From contig CAZQGQ010000001.1 of the NCBI GenBank assembly GCA_964593365.1, positions 178,384 to 242,383 of the forward strand: DNA of 64,000 bases, given 5' to 3'. The DNA comes from an uncultured Candidatus Saccharibacteria bacterium. Lineage in GTDB: Bacteria; Patescibacteriota; Minisyncoccia; Phycocordibacterales; Phycocordibacteraceae. Below, one piece after another: positions 17,852-27,049 of this stretch. A program made the position numbers and the translations under genes. The notes under the pieces are model-generated. The model was not told where the DNA came from. It ran no database searches and saw nothing but the letters and a program-made list of their open reading frames with translations. Every line of letters starts with the position of its first letter. Positions within the stretch are counted from its first letter, which is position 1.

Positions 17852-19390
17852 ATGAGTAAAAAAGACAACAAGAAGACACTCAAAGTCCCTGCACTTAGGG
17901 TGAATCAGTGGCTAAAGAAGTGGGACGGTATTAAGTGGGATATCGGACAACACAGAAGGAAGCCGGAGAACTGTTTCTATGTTTTTTCGCTGTCAGCAAA
18001 GCAACTCAGAGCTCTTTCAGGTGTTTATAGGCGAGATACGCAAACGCGTACTGGTCTGCAAAGAACCCATGAGCCAAAGCGATCCGAGAATATCGGTAAG
18101 TACGTTAAATATGGATACCCTTGGTCTGACTTAACAGACGATCAGAGAAAGGAAGGGCGTTTTGATCATTTACAGAAACCGGGATGGCTACCTACAGCAA
18201 TTGTGGTAAACATTCTTACAAAGGACGATTCACGCAATGGGAAAAAAGTTGCAGCTGAAGATTTGATCAAAATCATAAGTGACACACAAAAAAATACTCA
18301 AATAGAGCTTCCAAAATCATTTACAAATTCTGAAACATGGAAAGTAAAACAGGAACGCCCCATCGAGATTATTGATGGGCAACATCGCTTGTTGGCTTTT
18401 GACGATGACGAGATATCCGGTGATTACGAATTACCAGTAGTTGCATTTTATGGACTGGATATTAGTTGGCAGGCATATCTATTTTGGACGATCAACATTA
18501 AGCCAAAACGAATCAACCCAAGTTTAGCTTACGATCTTTATCCATTACTGCGTACAGAGGAATGGTTGGAGCAGTTTGAAGGGCATAAAGTTTACAGAGA
18601 AGTTAGGGCACAGGAACTTGTTGAAATGCTTTGGTCAGAAGAGAAGAGTGCATGGTATCGAAGAATTAATATGTTGGGAGAAAGTGGCGGCCCTTCAGTT
18701 ACTCAGGCTGCGTGGATTCGAGCTCTTACTAAAACTTTTATCAAATCATTTGAGGGAGGAAAGAAAAATAAAATTGGAGGATTGTTTGGTGCGCCGGTTG
18801 GAAAAGACAAAATTGCAATTCCTTGGAATCGCGCTCAGCAAGGAGCGTTGTTGATCCATTTATGGAATGAGATAAGTGAGGCCGTTGAAAATTCCAAAGA
18901 AAGATGGGTAAAGGAGCTTCGTGATAAAAAGAAACAAGAATACAAGCGAGGGATTGATGGAGATGTTGCTTTATTCGGGCCGTATTCGTTGTTGACTAAT
19001 GACCAAGGTGTCTCCGTGGTTCTAAATATTAGCAATGACCTCCTCTTTCTGGAGAAAGACAAGCTTAACCTACAGGAGTGGGAATTTGATGCCGAGGGTA
19101 GCGTTACCGAAGCGCTCAGTTCACTTACAAAAAAACAAAAAAAGTTATCAGAATACGTATCTCGTCTCGCTAAAGCGATAGCAACTTTTGACTGGAGAAC
19201 ATCTGCAGCTGTGGGCTTAACGGAAAATGAACGGACGCAGAAACTTTCTTATAGAGGTGGTAGTGGGTATAAGGAATTTCGCAGGCAACTTCTTAAGCAT
19301 CTTATCAATGATGCTCATTTTGGTGACTCTGCAAAGGAGATCTATCAAGCTCTAGGATATGCCAAGGAAGACACCAAAAAAATCAAATAA
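17852..19390 (+). CDS. DGQHR-domain protein (DndB-like, ParB/sulfiredoxin fold)
   Basis: Signature 'EIIDGQHRLLAF'; low-GC gene, first in a four-gene overlapping operon. Confidence 0.65.
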   Translation: MSKKDNKKTLKVPALRVNQWLKKWDGIKWDIGQHRRKPENCFYVFSLSAKQLRALSGVYRRDTQTRTGLQRTHEPKRSENIGKYVKYGYPWSDLTDDQRKEGRFDHLQKPGWLPTAIVVNILTKDDSRNGKKVAAEDLIKIISDTQKNTQIELPKSFTNSETWKVKQERPIEIIDGQHRLLAFDDDEISGDYELPVVAFYGLDISWQAYLFWTINIKPKRINPSLAYDLYPLLRTEEWLEQFEGHKVYREVRAQELVEMLWSEEKSAWYRRINMLGESGGPSVTQAAWIRALTKTFIKSFEGGKKNKIGGLFGAPVGKDKIAIPWNRAQQGALLIHLWNEISEAVENSKERWVKELRDKKKQEYKRGIDGDVALFGPYSLLTNDQGVSVVLNISNDLLFLEKDKLNLQEWEFDAEGSVTEALSSLTKKQKKLSEYVSRLAKAIATFDWRTSAAVGLTENERTQKLSYRGGSGYKEFRRQLLKHLINDAHFGDSAKEIYQALGYAKEDTKKIK

Positions 19391-20717
19391 CACCTTTCCT
19401 TCGAATGCATATTCAAGGGAAGCGACCCAGGCAACCTTCAATAGACTGAAGGCTTATCTTGATGATGATCGCTGGCTTGCGCGAGGGAATCGATATGCGA
19501 TCAAATGTGTTGATCGTATTCGAAAGGACTATAAGCAAGACTCTAGAACGAAAGTAATTACAAACGATATAGTCGAGAAGCATCTTGCTGAATATATAGC
19601 TGCTTCTGCGCCTGTCCACGCAATAGATGGGTGGGGTTTTTTAGGGAAAGCAATCGCAAGTCACTCAATTGGAGATATTGAGGCATGTAAGCATTTTGCT
19701 TATTATGCGCAGCTTCGAGCTGTCATGTCACTGATGGCCAGTGAAGGTATTGGAGTTTTTGATAACAAGCATTTTGCAATAAAGAATGCGGATCGGAGAA
19801 CTTCGTCTGTGACAGCCCCGAAAAAGAGTTCCACGCATGATTTTGCAGGTTCGCAGTTTAGATCATGGGCAAAATCAAAGAGTTCCGGAGCTCTGCTTGA
19901 GAAGATAATTCGACCCAGAGGTATCTCTCTTGAGGAATGGTTTAAGGAAATTTCACCAACAAAAGTTAGTTGGCTGGCTCAAGACTGGCTTGATCATTGG
20001 GGATATGACTTAAATAAATTTAAGAAAGATCAAGATGCTCGAAACAGAGCAAGTTATAGACCAACAATTCTAGACCGTGACTTAAATTATCGAAACGCTT
20101 CAGTTGTAAGTGACTCGATTGAACTTGTGGATGCGATCTGGAGAATGTGTTCACCTGATAGCGTCGGTGGTTTCAGCCTGGATTTGCAGCTAATGAGAGT
20201 TAGTTGGGATGAATATTCGCGTATGAGAGGAACGACTCCGACTCGAGCTGATAGAGAAAAGGTTTTAAGTGACTTAGGTATCTTGCAACCAGAATTAGGT
20301 AATCTAGTCGACTTTTTTGAACGTACAACTTCATCCGTAGATTCAATCATCTTAACTGAAGCACGTAAGAAAGGTTCACCCGAAGATGTCGATTATCACT
20401 CGCAAATGCTATGTCGTGCCACAATTCTGCTACGTCTTGCCACTGGGGCATCAGCTTCTCTTATAGCAAAGGCTAAGTTCGATAAGGATGATTTGAAGTT
20501 TTGGTCAGATTTTGTTGGTGAGAACTCGGGCTTGTGGGAGTCAGGTGCTCCAAACCCTATTACAGATATGTGGAACGAAGTTGAAGAAGCTTTGCATGAC
20601 CTCAACGTTAAAGCACCCTCAATTAATAATCATTATAAATGGCGTTCTGAACTCGCAAATGAAGTACTGACCTTGTCTGGGTGTGAGCGTATTGGTTTAG
20701 CCCGATTTTGCCTATGA
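19359..20717 (+). CDS. hypothetical protein, no recognisable domain (island component 2)
   Basis: 452 aa; 32-nt overlap with the upstream gene and 10-nt overlap with the downstream one. Only a weak P-loop-like 'GWGFLGKA'. Confidence 0.5.
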   Translation: MPRKTPKKSNNTFPSNAYSREATQATFNRLKAYLDDDRWLARGNRYAIKCVDRIRKDYKQDSRTKVITNDIVEKHLAEYIAASAPVHAIDGWGFLGKAIASHSIGDIEACKHFAYYAQLRAVMSLMASEGIGVFDNKHFAIKNADRRTSSVTAPKKSSTHDFAGSQFRSWAKSKSSGALLEKIIRPRGISLEEWFKEISPTKVSWLAQDWLDHWGYDLNKFKKDQDARNRASYRPTILDRDLNYRNASVVSDSIELVDAIWRMCSPDSVGGFSLDLQLMRVSWDEYSRMRGTTPTRADREKVLSDLGILQPELGNLVDFFERTTSSVDSIILTEARKKGSPEDVDYHSQMLCRATILLRLATGASASLIAKAKFDKDDLKFWSDFVGENSGLWESGAPNPITDMWNEVEEALHDLNVKAPSINNHYKWRSELANEVLTLSGCERIGLARFCL

Positions 20718-21961
20718 AATACATGGGCTCAAAACGTTATATGTTAAATAACGGTCTTGGTACTTTGATACGAGATCAGTTACCTCATGCTAACAGGGTG
20801 ATAGATCCATTTTGTGGAGCAGGATCAGTAATTCAATTTGCAGCAAAGAATTCTGATAAGGAGATAATTGCCGGCGATCTTCAGCAGTATGCAATTGTAC
20901 TCGCAAGGGCTGTTATTGAACGTACAAAGCCAGTTGATGTGCCTATGTTACAGACTAGTTGGTTACTTAAGGCGGAAGAACAACTGTCGAGATCTAAGCT
21001 TTTTCTGCAAGCAAAGAAGAACGACATTAATTATTCCCAAAATGTAGAAGAGTGGGTAAAAAAATCTCGCCAACTATGTGAGATTCCTTCAAAGATTGGA
21101 CCTGTATGGGGTGCTTACGGTGGTCATTACTTCAGTCCTAAGCAAGCGCTTATTATTGATTATCTTATTAAGTGTTTGCCTGAGAAGACCACTGACCGGA
21201 ATGTCTGTTTAGCTGCCCTGATAACTGCAGCTTCAAGATGTGCTGCAGCTCCGGGACATACAGCCCAGCCTTTTCAACCTACTGAAGGTGCTTCTAAGTT
21301 TATAAAGATCTCTTGGAACATGGATGTGCTCAAGTCTTGTTTAAATGCTTTGACTGAGATCGCACCGCTACATGCCAAAACAAATGGTGCTGCATATGTT
21401 GGAAGCGCTGAGAAGCTCACACAAAAAATGCAAAAAGGAGATCTGGTAATAATTGACCCTCCTTATTCAGGGGTACAATATAGTCGTTTTTATCATGTAT
21501 TAGAGACCATCGCGCGTGGCAAATGCGGAAAGGTAGAAGGGGTAGGGCGTTATCCTGTATTGTCAGAGCGCCCTCAGTCGTCTTTTAGTAATGTTGGTCA
21601 ATCTGTCGAAGCTCTCGATATTCTTCTAAAAAAGTTATCAGAGAGAGAAGTTGTCGTAATTTTTACTTTCCCTAAGGGCGATTGCAGTAACGGTTTATCC
21701 GGAAAGGTGATTGCAGACAGTGCAAAAAAGTATTTCACAATAGATAAAAAGAGCAGAACACACCATCATGTAGTGAAGGGTAAGTTCAGCACTTTAGGTG
21801 GAAATAATAAACTTAAACTAAAAAACAACGAGGTTAAAAGATCTCGAGTGACCTCTGAGGAGCTTATCCTCCTTCTTAAGCCGAGAGTATCAAAGTCAGT
21901 ATCACGTAGCAAACAAAAACAAAAGATAAAAACACGTAAGAGCTATGCACAATATCGGTAA
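20708..21961 (+). CDS. D12-class (Dam-like) N6-adenine DNA methyltransferase with a Lys-rich C-terminal tail
   Basis: 'YMGSKRYML' (cf. KWAGGKR), 'DPFCGAGSV' (FxGxG) and catalytic 'IIDPPYSG' (DPPY). Confidence 0.7.
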   Translation: MPMKYMGSKRYMLNNGLGTLIRDQLPHANRVIDPFCGAGSVIQFAAKNSDKEIIAGDLQQYAIVLARAVIERTKPVDVPMLQTSWLLKAEEQLSRSKLFLQAKKNDINYSQNVEEWVKKSRQLCEIPSKIGPVWGAYGGHYFSPKQALIIDYLIKCLPEKTTDRNVCLAALITAASRCAAAPGHTAQPFQPTEGASKFIKISWNMDVLKSCLNALTEIAPLHAKTNGAAYVGSAEKLTQKMQKGDLVIIDPPYSGVQYSRFYHVLETIARGKCGKVEGVGRYPVLSERPQSSFSNVGQSVEALDILLKKLSEREVVVIFTFPKGDCSNGLSGKVIADSAKKYFTIDKKSRTHHHVVKGKFSTLGGNNKLKLKNNEVKRSRVTSEELILLLKPRVSKSVSRSKQKQKIKTRKSYAQYR

Positions 21962-22823
21962 AAAGATAACTATATATCTCGTTACAGGACTTCCAAAAGG
22001 AGTTCGAGAGGCCCGTATCGATCAGTGGAGTGGTAAAGCAGTTTGCGGTCCTCGAAACGCATTAAAAGAGATAATCGCTTTGCCTGAAGTTGAGTCGGGC
22101 GCATGTATATATTTTCTTATAGGCATTCCAGATGACGGAGGGTTGCTTGATGTATATGTTGGAGAAGCAGATGGGTTTAAAGAAAGAATTAAACACCATG
22201 ACTACAAGAAAGAGTGGTGGCAAGACGTTGTAGTATTTGTCAGTCAAGATAAATCACTTACAAAAACGGGAATTCAGTATCTTGAGAGTGTTTGTATCGA
22301 GCGTCTAAAGCAGATTGGCAAATGTAATCTTAAGAATGGTAATAGTCCCTCTCTACCTACAACGCCTAAGGAAGACTTAAGTGGTCTCGAACTGTTTTAT
22401 ATGAATCTTGCAACAATTATGCCCTTGCTTGGTTATGATATCTTTGTTCAAAACGAAAAATCACCTGGTAAGAATACGGTAGAGAGTCCAGTTTTTACGT
22501 GCAAGAAAGGAGTGAATATTGTTGCGGAAGCATATTTACTCGAAGATGGAAAAATGCGTGTTTTAAAAGGGTCAAAAGCGTCAGCAGAAGAAACACCTTC
22601 TTTTCAAAGCCATCCATATAAAAAACTAAAAAATGAGTTAATAAAAATCAATCGCTTGGTACCTCAAGGTGACATTCTTATCTTTTCTGATGATTACGTT
22701 TTTGACAGCTCAAGCGCTGCATCAGCCGTTATACAAGCTCGATCTTCACCGGGACCTATAGAATGGAAACTGAAAAAGGGAGGTAAAACTTTGAGAGAGT
22801 ATCTAAACTCAAAGATTCAATGA
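21945..22823 (+). CDS. GIY-YIG nuclease domain protein with a C-terminal DUF4357-like domain
   Basis: 'ACIYFLIGIPDDGGLLDVYVGEADGFKERIKHH' fits GIY-(10-11 aa)-YIG plus the Arg/Glu pattern; 17-nt overlap with the methyltransferase. Confidence 0.55.
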   Translation: MHNIGKKITIYLVTGLPKGVREARIDQWSGKAVCGPRNALKEIIALPEVESGACIYFLIGIPDDGGLLDVYVGEADGFKERIKHHDYKKEWWQDVVVFVSQDKSLTKTGIQYLESVCIERLKQIGKCNLKNGNSPSLPTTPKEDLSGLELFYMNLATIMPLLGYDIFVQNEKSPGKNTVESPVFTCKKGVNIVAEAYLLEDGKMRVLKGSKASAEETPSFQSHPYKKLKNELIKINRLVPQGDILIFSDDYVFDSSSAASAVIQARSSPGPIEWKLKKGGKTLREYLNSKIQ

Positions 22824-22956
22824 GAGTTATAACTGCAGAAGCCATATTTTAATCTTCTCAGGTATTGAGACACGTCGCTTTAAACACTTCATACAACAGT
22901 ATAAGTTATTGATCTCACGCAATTTTCACGACCCTTTTTGTATCCTTCATAGCGTG

Positions 22957-22995
22957 AAAAACACCCGTGTCTTCAAGCAAGAAACGGGCGTTTTT
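22957..22995 (+). terminator. rho-independent terminator closing the island operon
   Basis: aaaacacccgt..aacgggcgttttt hairpin followed by a T-tract. Confidence 0.5.
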
Positions 22996-23024
22996 CATTT
23001 TCTTATCAGCTCATAACAAAAACT

Positions 23025-23537
23025 ATGACTTATAAGAACACGCAGGTTCTCACAGGATTCTCGATCATTATGGCCGCCGCGGTACTTGCCGCCGCTGCAG
23101 CATCCCTCCCATCTCAAGCTGCTGCAGACAATGGGTCTAAGGCAATGAAGCTTGATAACGGGCTCTCAGTATCAATTGGAACTAACGGCAACGTGCTCGT
23201 GCGAGGTGCGGAAGTGGAAAAGGTCTCAGGAGGCGTCGTGACCGCACGAACTGCCTGGGGCGACACGGATATATCCTGGCGCGTCCAAACGGATAGCGAT
23301 ACGGATATCCTTACCAAGTCCGGATCTAACTCGTCCTTCGCTGACGTAACCGTTGGCGACGAGATCAGCTTCAGCGGATCGCTTGATTCCAATGACGGCT
23401 CCTTCGCTGTCGATGCAAGCGTCTTGAAGAACTGGTCTGAAGACGATGAGGATGACAAGCCACAAGGAAATGCGTGGGGTTCATGGAAGAAATGGGGCGA
23501 CAAGGTCTCTAACTCCTTCAGCTTCTGGCATAAATAG
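23025..23537 (+). CDS. secreted hypothetical protein
   Basis: Signal peptide (AAAVLAAAAAS); Ser/Asp-rich; preferred over the antisense ORF 23114-23608. Confidence 0.45.
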   Translation: MTYKNTQVLTGFSIIMAAAVLAAAAASLPSQAAADNGSKAMKLDNGLSVSIGTNGNVLVRGAEVEKVSGGVVTARTAWGDTDISWRVQTDSDTDILTKSGSNSSFADVTVGDEISFSGSLDSNDGSFAVDASVLKNWSEDDEDDKPQGNAWGSWKKWGDKVSNSFSFWHK

Positions 23538-23651
23538 CCAAAGCTCTCTAAAAGGCATCTGACGCACAAACCCGGCTTCTGCCGGGTTTGTTGTATAGCG
23601 ATCTCCACGCTTCATAAAAAGCGCATACGGGCCCTTGGTACAATTTAAGAT

Positions 23652-24077
23652 ATGTCACATTCAGCAACTGCATCAACCATTATCAACGCCCCCAAGGAGA
23701 AGGTTTGGGACGCCCTTACCAAGCCTGAGCAGGTAAAGGAGTACTTCTTCGGGACAGATCTCGTCACTACCTGGGAGCCAGGAAGCCCGGTGTATTTCAG
23801 GGGCGAGTGGGAAGGGAAGAAATACGAGGATAAGGGAACAGTGCTCACCTTCAACCCGCCCGAGAGCATGTCGTATGACTACTGGAGCAACTTAAGCGGA
23901 GACGAGGATATCCCTGAAAACTACCAGCTCCTTTGCTACACCCTGGAGGACGTTCCAGAGGGTACGAAAGTAACGATCGATCAGTCGAACGTGGACACGC
24001 AAGAACGCGCTGATCACTCAGCGGAGAACTGGAAGGGGGTCCTCAAAGGACTGAAGTCGTTTGTTGAAGGAGCTTAG
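23652..24077 (+). CDS. SRPBCC-superfamily protein (AHSA1/polyketide-cyclase-like)
   Basis: 'INAPKEKVWDALTKPEQVKEYF' typical of AHSA1/START-like folds. Confidence 0.55.
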   Translation: MSHSATASTIINAPKEKVWDALTKPEQVKEYFFGTDLVTTWEPGSPVYFRGEWEGKKYEDKGTVLTFNPPESMSYDYWSNLSGDEDIPENYQLLCYTLEDVPEGTKVTIDQSNVDTQERADHSAENWKGVLKGLKSFVEGA

Positions 24078-24277
24078 GCTCGCTTCACGTTGCCTGCGTA
24101 CGGGCCCTTCTTGCTCGGGATCACAGTGAAGGTGACTTTGTCGCCTACCTTGAGTTCCTTGAAGTCGACTCCGACGACGGCATCTGCATGGAAAAACAGT
24201 CGGTCCTTGAGACCTACGCGCTTGATGAAACCTGATGATCGGTCGCCGAGTTCAGCGATAACGCCTTTGTTGTGCAT
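24074..24277 (-). CDS. cold-shock domain protein
   Basis: 67 aa, 'GVIAELGDRSSGFIKR..FFH' cold-shock-domain RNP motifs. Confidence 0.75.
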   Translation of the reverse strand: MHNKGVIAELGDRSSGFIKRVGLKDRLFFHADAVVGVDFKELKVGDKVTFTVIPSKKGPYAGNVKRA

Positions 24278-24343
24278 GGAAAAGAGAGTTTGTGTGACGT
24301 ACCAGGTGCCGAAAGCGCCCTTTCGGGCGCTTTCGATTGTCGG

Positions 24344-24544
24344 TTAGACGCGGCTGACGCGAACTGCCTTGGGTCCTTTCGGGCCCTCCTCAACTTCGAA
24401 AGTCACCGAGTCGCCCATCTGAAGTTCTTCGAACTTCACGTTCACGAGTTCGTTGAGGTGGAAGAAGAGATCTTTTTCCACTCCGTCTCGCTTGATGAAG
24501 CCGAAGCCTTTTTCAGTCAGGCCCGCAATTGTTCCTTGCTGCAT
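24344..24544 (-). CDS. cold-shock protein (CspA family)
   Basis: 'KGFGFIKRDGVEKDLFFH' canonical RNP1/RNP2 motifs. Confidence 0.85.
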   Translation of the reverse strand: MQQGTIAGLTEKGFGFIKRDGVEKDLFFHLNELVNVKFEELQMGDSVTFEVEEGPKGPKAVRVSRV

Positions 24545-24671
24545 GAGAGTCGTATGTGTCGATACACCTGATAAACATCAAGTGCAGGAGGCTGACCATC
24601 GAAACCCGACTCGCTTCTTGTATACAGCTCTGCGATTGACCTACGGATACTAACGTAAAAGAGGGATTTCG

Positions 24672-25529
24672 TCAATCAAACACCTGTTCCGGGTACACAT
24701 GCTCTATCTCAGGCAGCACGTCAGGGATGGTGCTCACGGTCTCTACTGTTCCTGCTTCCTGGTCGATATAGAGGAGCGCGCTCGCCACATTGTTGTCATA
24801 GCGCAGTTCCTCAAGGCGAAGAAGCGGGTTCACGTTGAAGGTCAGGCGGTATTCTCCGGTCGGAAGATCAGTGATATCCAAATCCTGGTCCGGGTAGTCG
24901 TAGAAGTAGGTGTCACCCCAGCCGATCGAGACTCCTTGGAGCTCTTTCCAGCACACCTTGTAGAGCGCGTCTTCTGAGCGGTTAGGAAGATCGAGCGCGA
25001 CCCGGCTGATGTCGCGGAGGCAGAACGTCGCCTTCTCGCTCCAGGTTCGCTTCTCGCTCTCATCTCCTTCGGTCGAGAGCGAGTACTCTACGAAATCGCT
25101 GTAATGGTAATGGAGATGCTCTTGGTGCCAAAGGAAGTTCCCGACGATCCTGTCTCGGTACGCGTCATCGTTTCGGTAGATGCGCTGGAACACGTCACGC
25201 TCGATGTCTTCGCGGATTCCTGCGGTAGCTTCGTCTGCGCGAAGCTCCATGACTCCGTCGCCTTGGTTGTAATAGACGGTACTGAAAAGAAGATAAGTTC
25301 GGCCGGCAGATTCCTGGACAACGACATCTTGGGGCGGAAGGGGAACAAGATCAGGGAGCAAATCTCCTGAAGCGCGTCGTTCATCCAGAACCTCTTGGGT
25401 TTCTGGCACGATCACTTCTTTCTTAGGAGCGTTCTCCATAATGGCAAACGCCGCTACCGGTATCAGGGCTACCAGCAGGAGAATGAGAAGGGGATGGCGA
25501 CGAATCGTTCCTTTTATATCGTGGGACAT
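24672..25529 (-). CDS. lysyl oxidase-like copper amine oxidase (secreted)
   Basis: 'FLWHQEHLHYHYSDF' matches the LOX copper-binding W-H-x-x-H-x-H-Y-H motif; start moved to the signal peptide at M19. Confidence 0.45.
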   Translation of the reverse strand: MSHDIKGTIRRHPLLILLLVALIPVAAFAIMENAPKKEVIVPETQEVLDERRASGDLLPDLVPLPPQDVVVQESAGRTYLLFSTVYYNQGDGVMELRADEATAGIREDIERDVFQRIYRNDDAYRDRIVGNFLWHQEHLHYHYSDFVEYSLSTEGDESEKRTWSEKATFCLRDISRVALDLPNRSEDALYKVCWKELQGVSIGWGDTYFYDYPDQDLDITDLPTGEYRLTFNVNPLLRLEELRYDNNVASALLYIDQEAGTVETVSTIPDVLPEIEHVYPEQVFD

Positions 25530-25642
25530 GAAAGTATCAGAACTTAGTCCCCTCATAATGACCTTGAAACGAGCTAGATGCAATTCGAACTAGTTCATCA
25601 AGGCTTCATGCAAAGTTGCTATATTCTTGCCATACTTACTCT

Positions 25643-27043
25643 ATGAACATATTCCATCGCTTGGGCGTCATCGCCTTCATCGCTGTCTTCTTTATTCTTT
25701 CGCTTCCAGCTGCTACTAACGCTCAGTCGAGGAACCGTTCCTATGATCGCGACGCATGGGAGCAGTGGCGTGAGCAGTGGGAAGATTCTGAGGAAGGAGA
25801 CTCAGATGACGGGGACGAAGACAACGAAGAGCGCTATTCGGAGTCCCGCCGCACTTCAAGCGCGATGCGAAATAAGATAAACGACCTTGATGAGGACGCG
25901 GTCGACAATATACCGATCCCGATACTCTTTGGCGTCGAGGTACGAGACCTCTTCCCGAACTTCGGAGATCCTCGAGACGGAGGAAGTCGCTCGCACGAGG
26001 GCTTCGACATCATGGCCGCCGAAGGCACGCCCATCGTCTCCCCGACTGAAGCAGTCGTGCTCCGGACGAGCAAGGGATCAAGCGCAGGAAACTATGTCAC
26101 GACCGCAAACCCGGGCGAGGAAACCTTCGTCTACATGCACCTTGATGAGATTGCAGACATCGATGACGGGGACGTGCTCAAAGTAGGAGACATCATCGGC
26201 TACGTCGGTAACACCGGAAACGCTTCCGGAGGACCAGCGCATCTCCACCTTGAGATTCGCGATGATGATCGCGATCCGACCGACCCGTACCCACGCCTCT
26301 CTCGCGTCTTCTCGCTTGAAGACAAGATGGAGTATCTCGAAGACATTCTCAAAGACGTCGATGACGAAGAGGAATTCGCGGAGTTCCTAGTCGCCCAGTA
26401 CCGAAACGATTTCGTAGCAGCGCGTAACGCCTCTATCGAACTTCCGGAAGAGATTGAAGACGCGCTTGGAAGTTCAGCAGGGATTGTTGTCACGGCAGCA
26501 GCCGGAGACGATCTTACGCTCGGTTCACAGGGCGCGAAAGTCACCGCGCTCCAAAGCTTCCTGATCTCAAACAACGCAGGGGTGAGCGCCCGTGCGCTTG
26601 CAAACGCTGGCGCAACCGGCTACTTCGGCCCCATCACGCAGCAGGCGCTTATCGAATACCAGAAATCAGCTGGCATCACGCCTGCAACCGGCTACTACGG
26701 CGCAACGACCCGCGCACGCATTCTGAAGACCGAAGTGCCTAAGCCCCCAACCGCAAGCTCGTCAGCCTCAGAAACGATTCCTGCTCCTGCAGGACAGATG
26801 CCAACGACTGACCTCGTGCTCGGTTCTCGCGGAAGCGCAGTCGTGTGGCTCCAGGACTACCTCATCAAGAAGAGCGTCGGCCTTGCAGCAGAAGACCTTA
26901 AGAAGGCTACCGCAACCGGCTACTTCGGTGCGATCACGCAGAAAGCCCTCATGGAGTACCAGAGCGCAAATAGCATCACTCCTTCAAACGGAAACTTCGG
27001 TCCAGAAACGCGAGCGCATATCGCGGCGACCGAAGCCCTCTAA
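25643..27043 (+). CDS. M23-family peptidoglycan metalloendopeptidase with two PG-binding repeats
   Basis: 'HEGFDI..', 'GNTGNASGGPAHLHLEI' (HxH) and two 'LQxxL..GYFGxxTxxAL.EYQ' PG_binding_1-like repeats. Confidence 0.8.
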   Translation: MNIFHRLGVIAFIAVFFILSLPAATNAQSRNRSYDRDAWEQWREQWEDSEEGDSDDGDEDNEERYSESRRTSSAMRNKINDLDEDAVDNIPIPILFGVEVRDLFPNFGDPRDGGSRSHEGFDIMAAEGTPIVSPTEAVVLRTSKGSSAGNYVTTANPGEETFVYMHLDEIADIDDGDVLKVGDIIGYVGNTGNASGGPAHLHLEIRDDDRDPTDPYPRLSRVFSLEDKMEYLEDILKDVDDEEEFAEFLVAQYRNDFVAARNASIELPEEIEDALGSSAGIVVTAAAGDDLTLGSQGAKVTALQSFLISNNAGVSARALANAGATGYFGPITQQALIEYQKSAGITPATGYYGATTRARILKTEVPKPPTASSSASETIPAPAGQMPTTDLVLGSRGSAVVWLQDYLIKKSVGLAAEDLKKATATGYFGAITQKALMEYQSANSITPSNGNFGPETRAHIAATEAL

Positions 27044-27049
27044 GCCACA

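Noticed and set aside
23114-23608. Minus-strand 164-aa ORF
   Set aside because: It is antisense to a + strand ORF with a clear signal peptide, and is Ser/Pro-rich with no start context.
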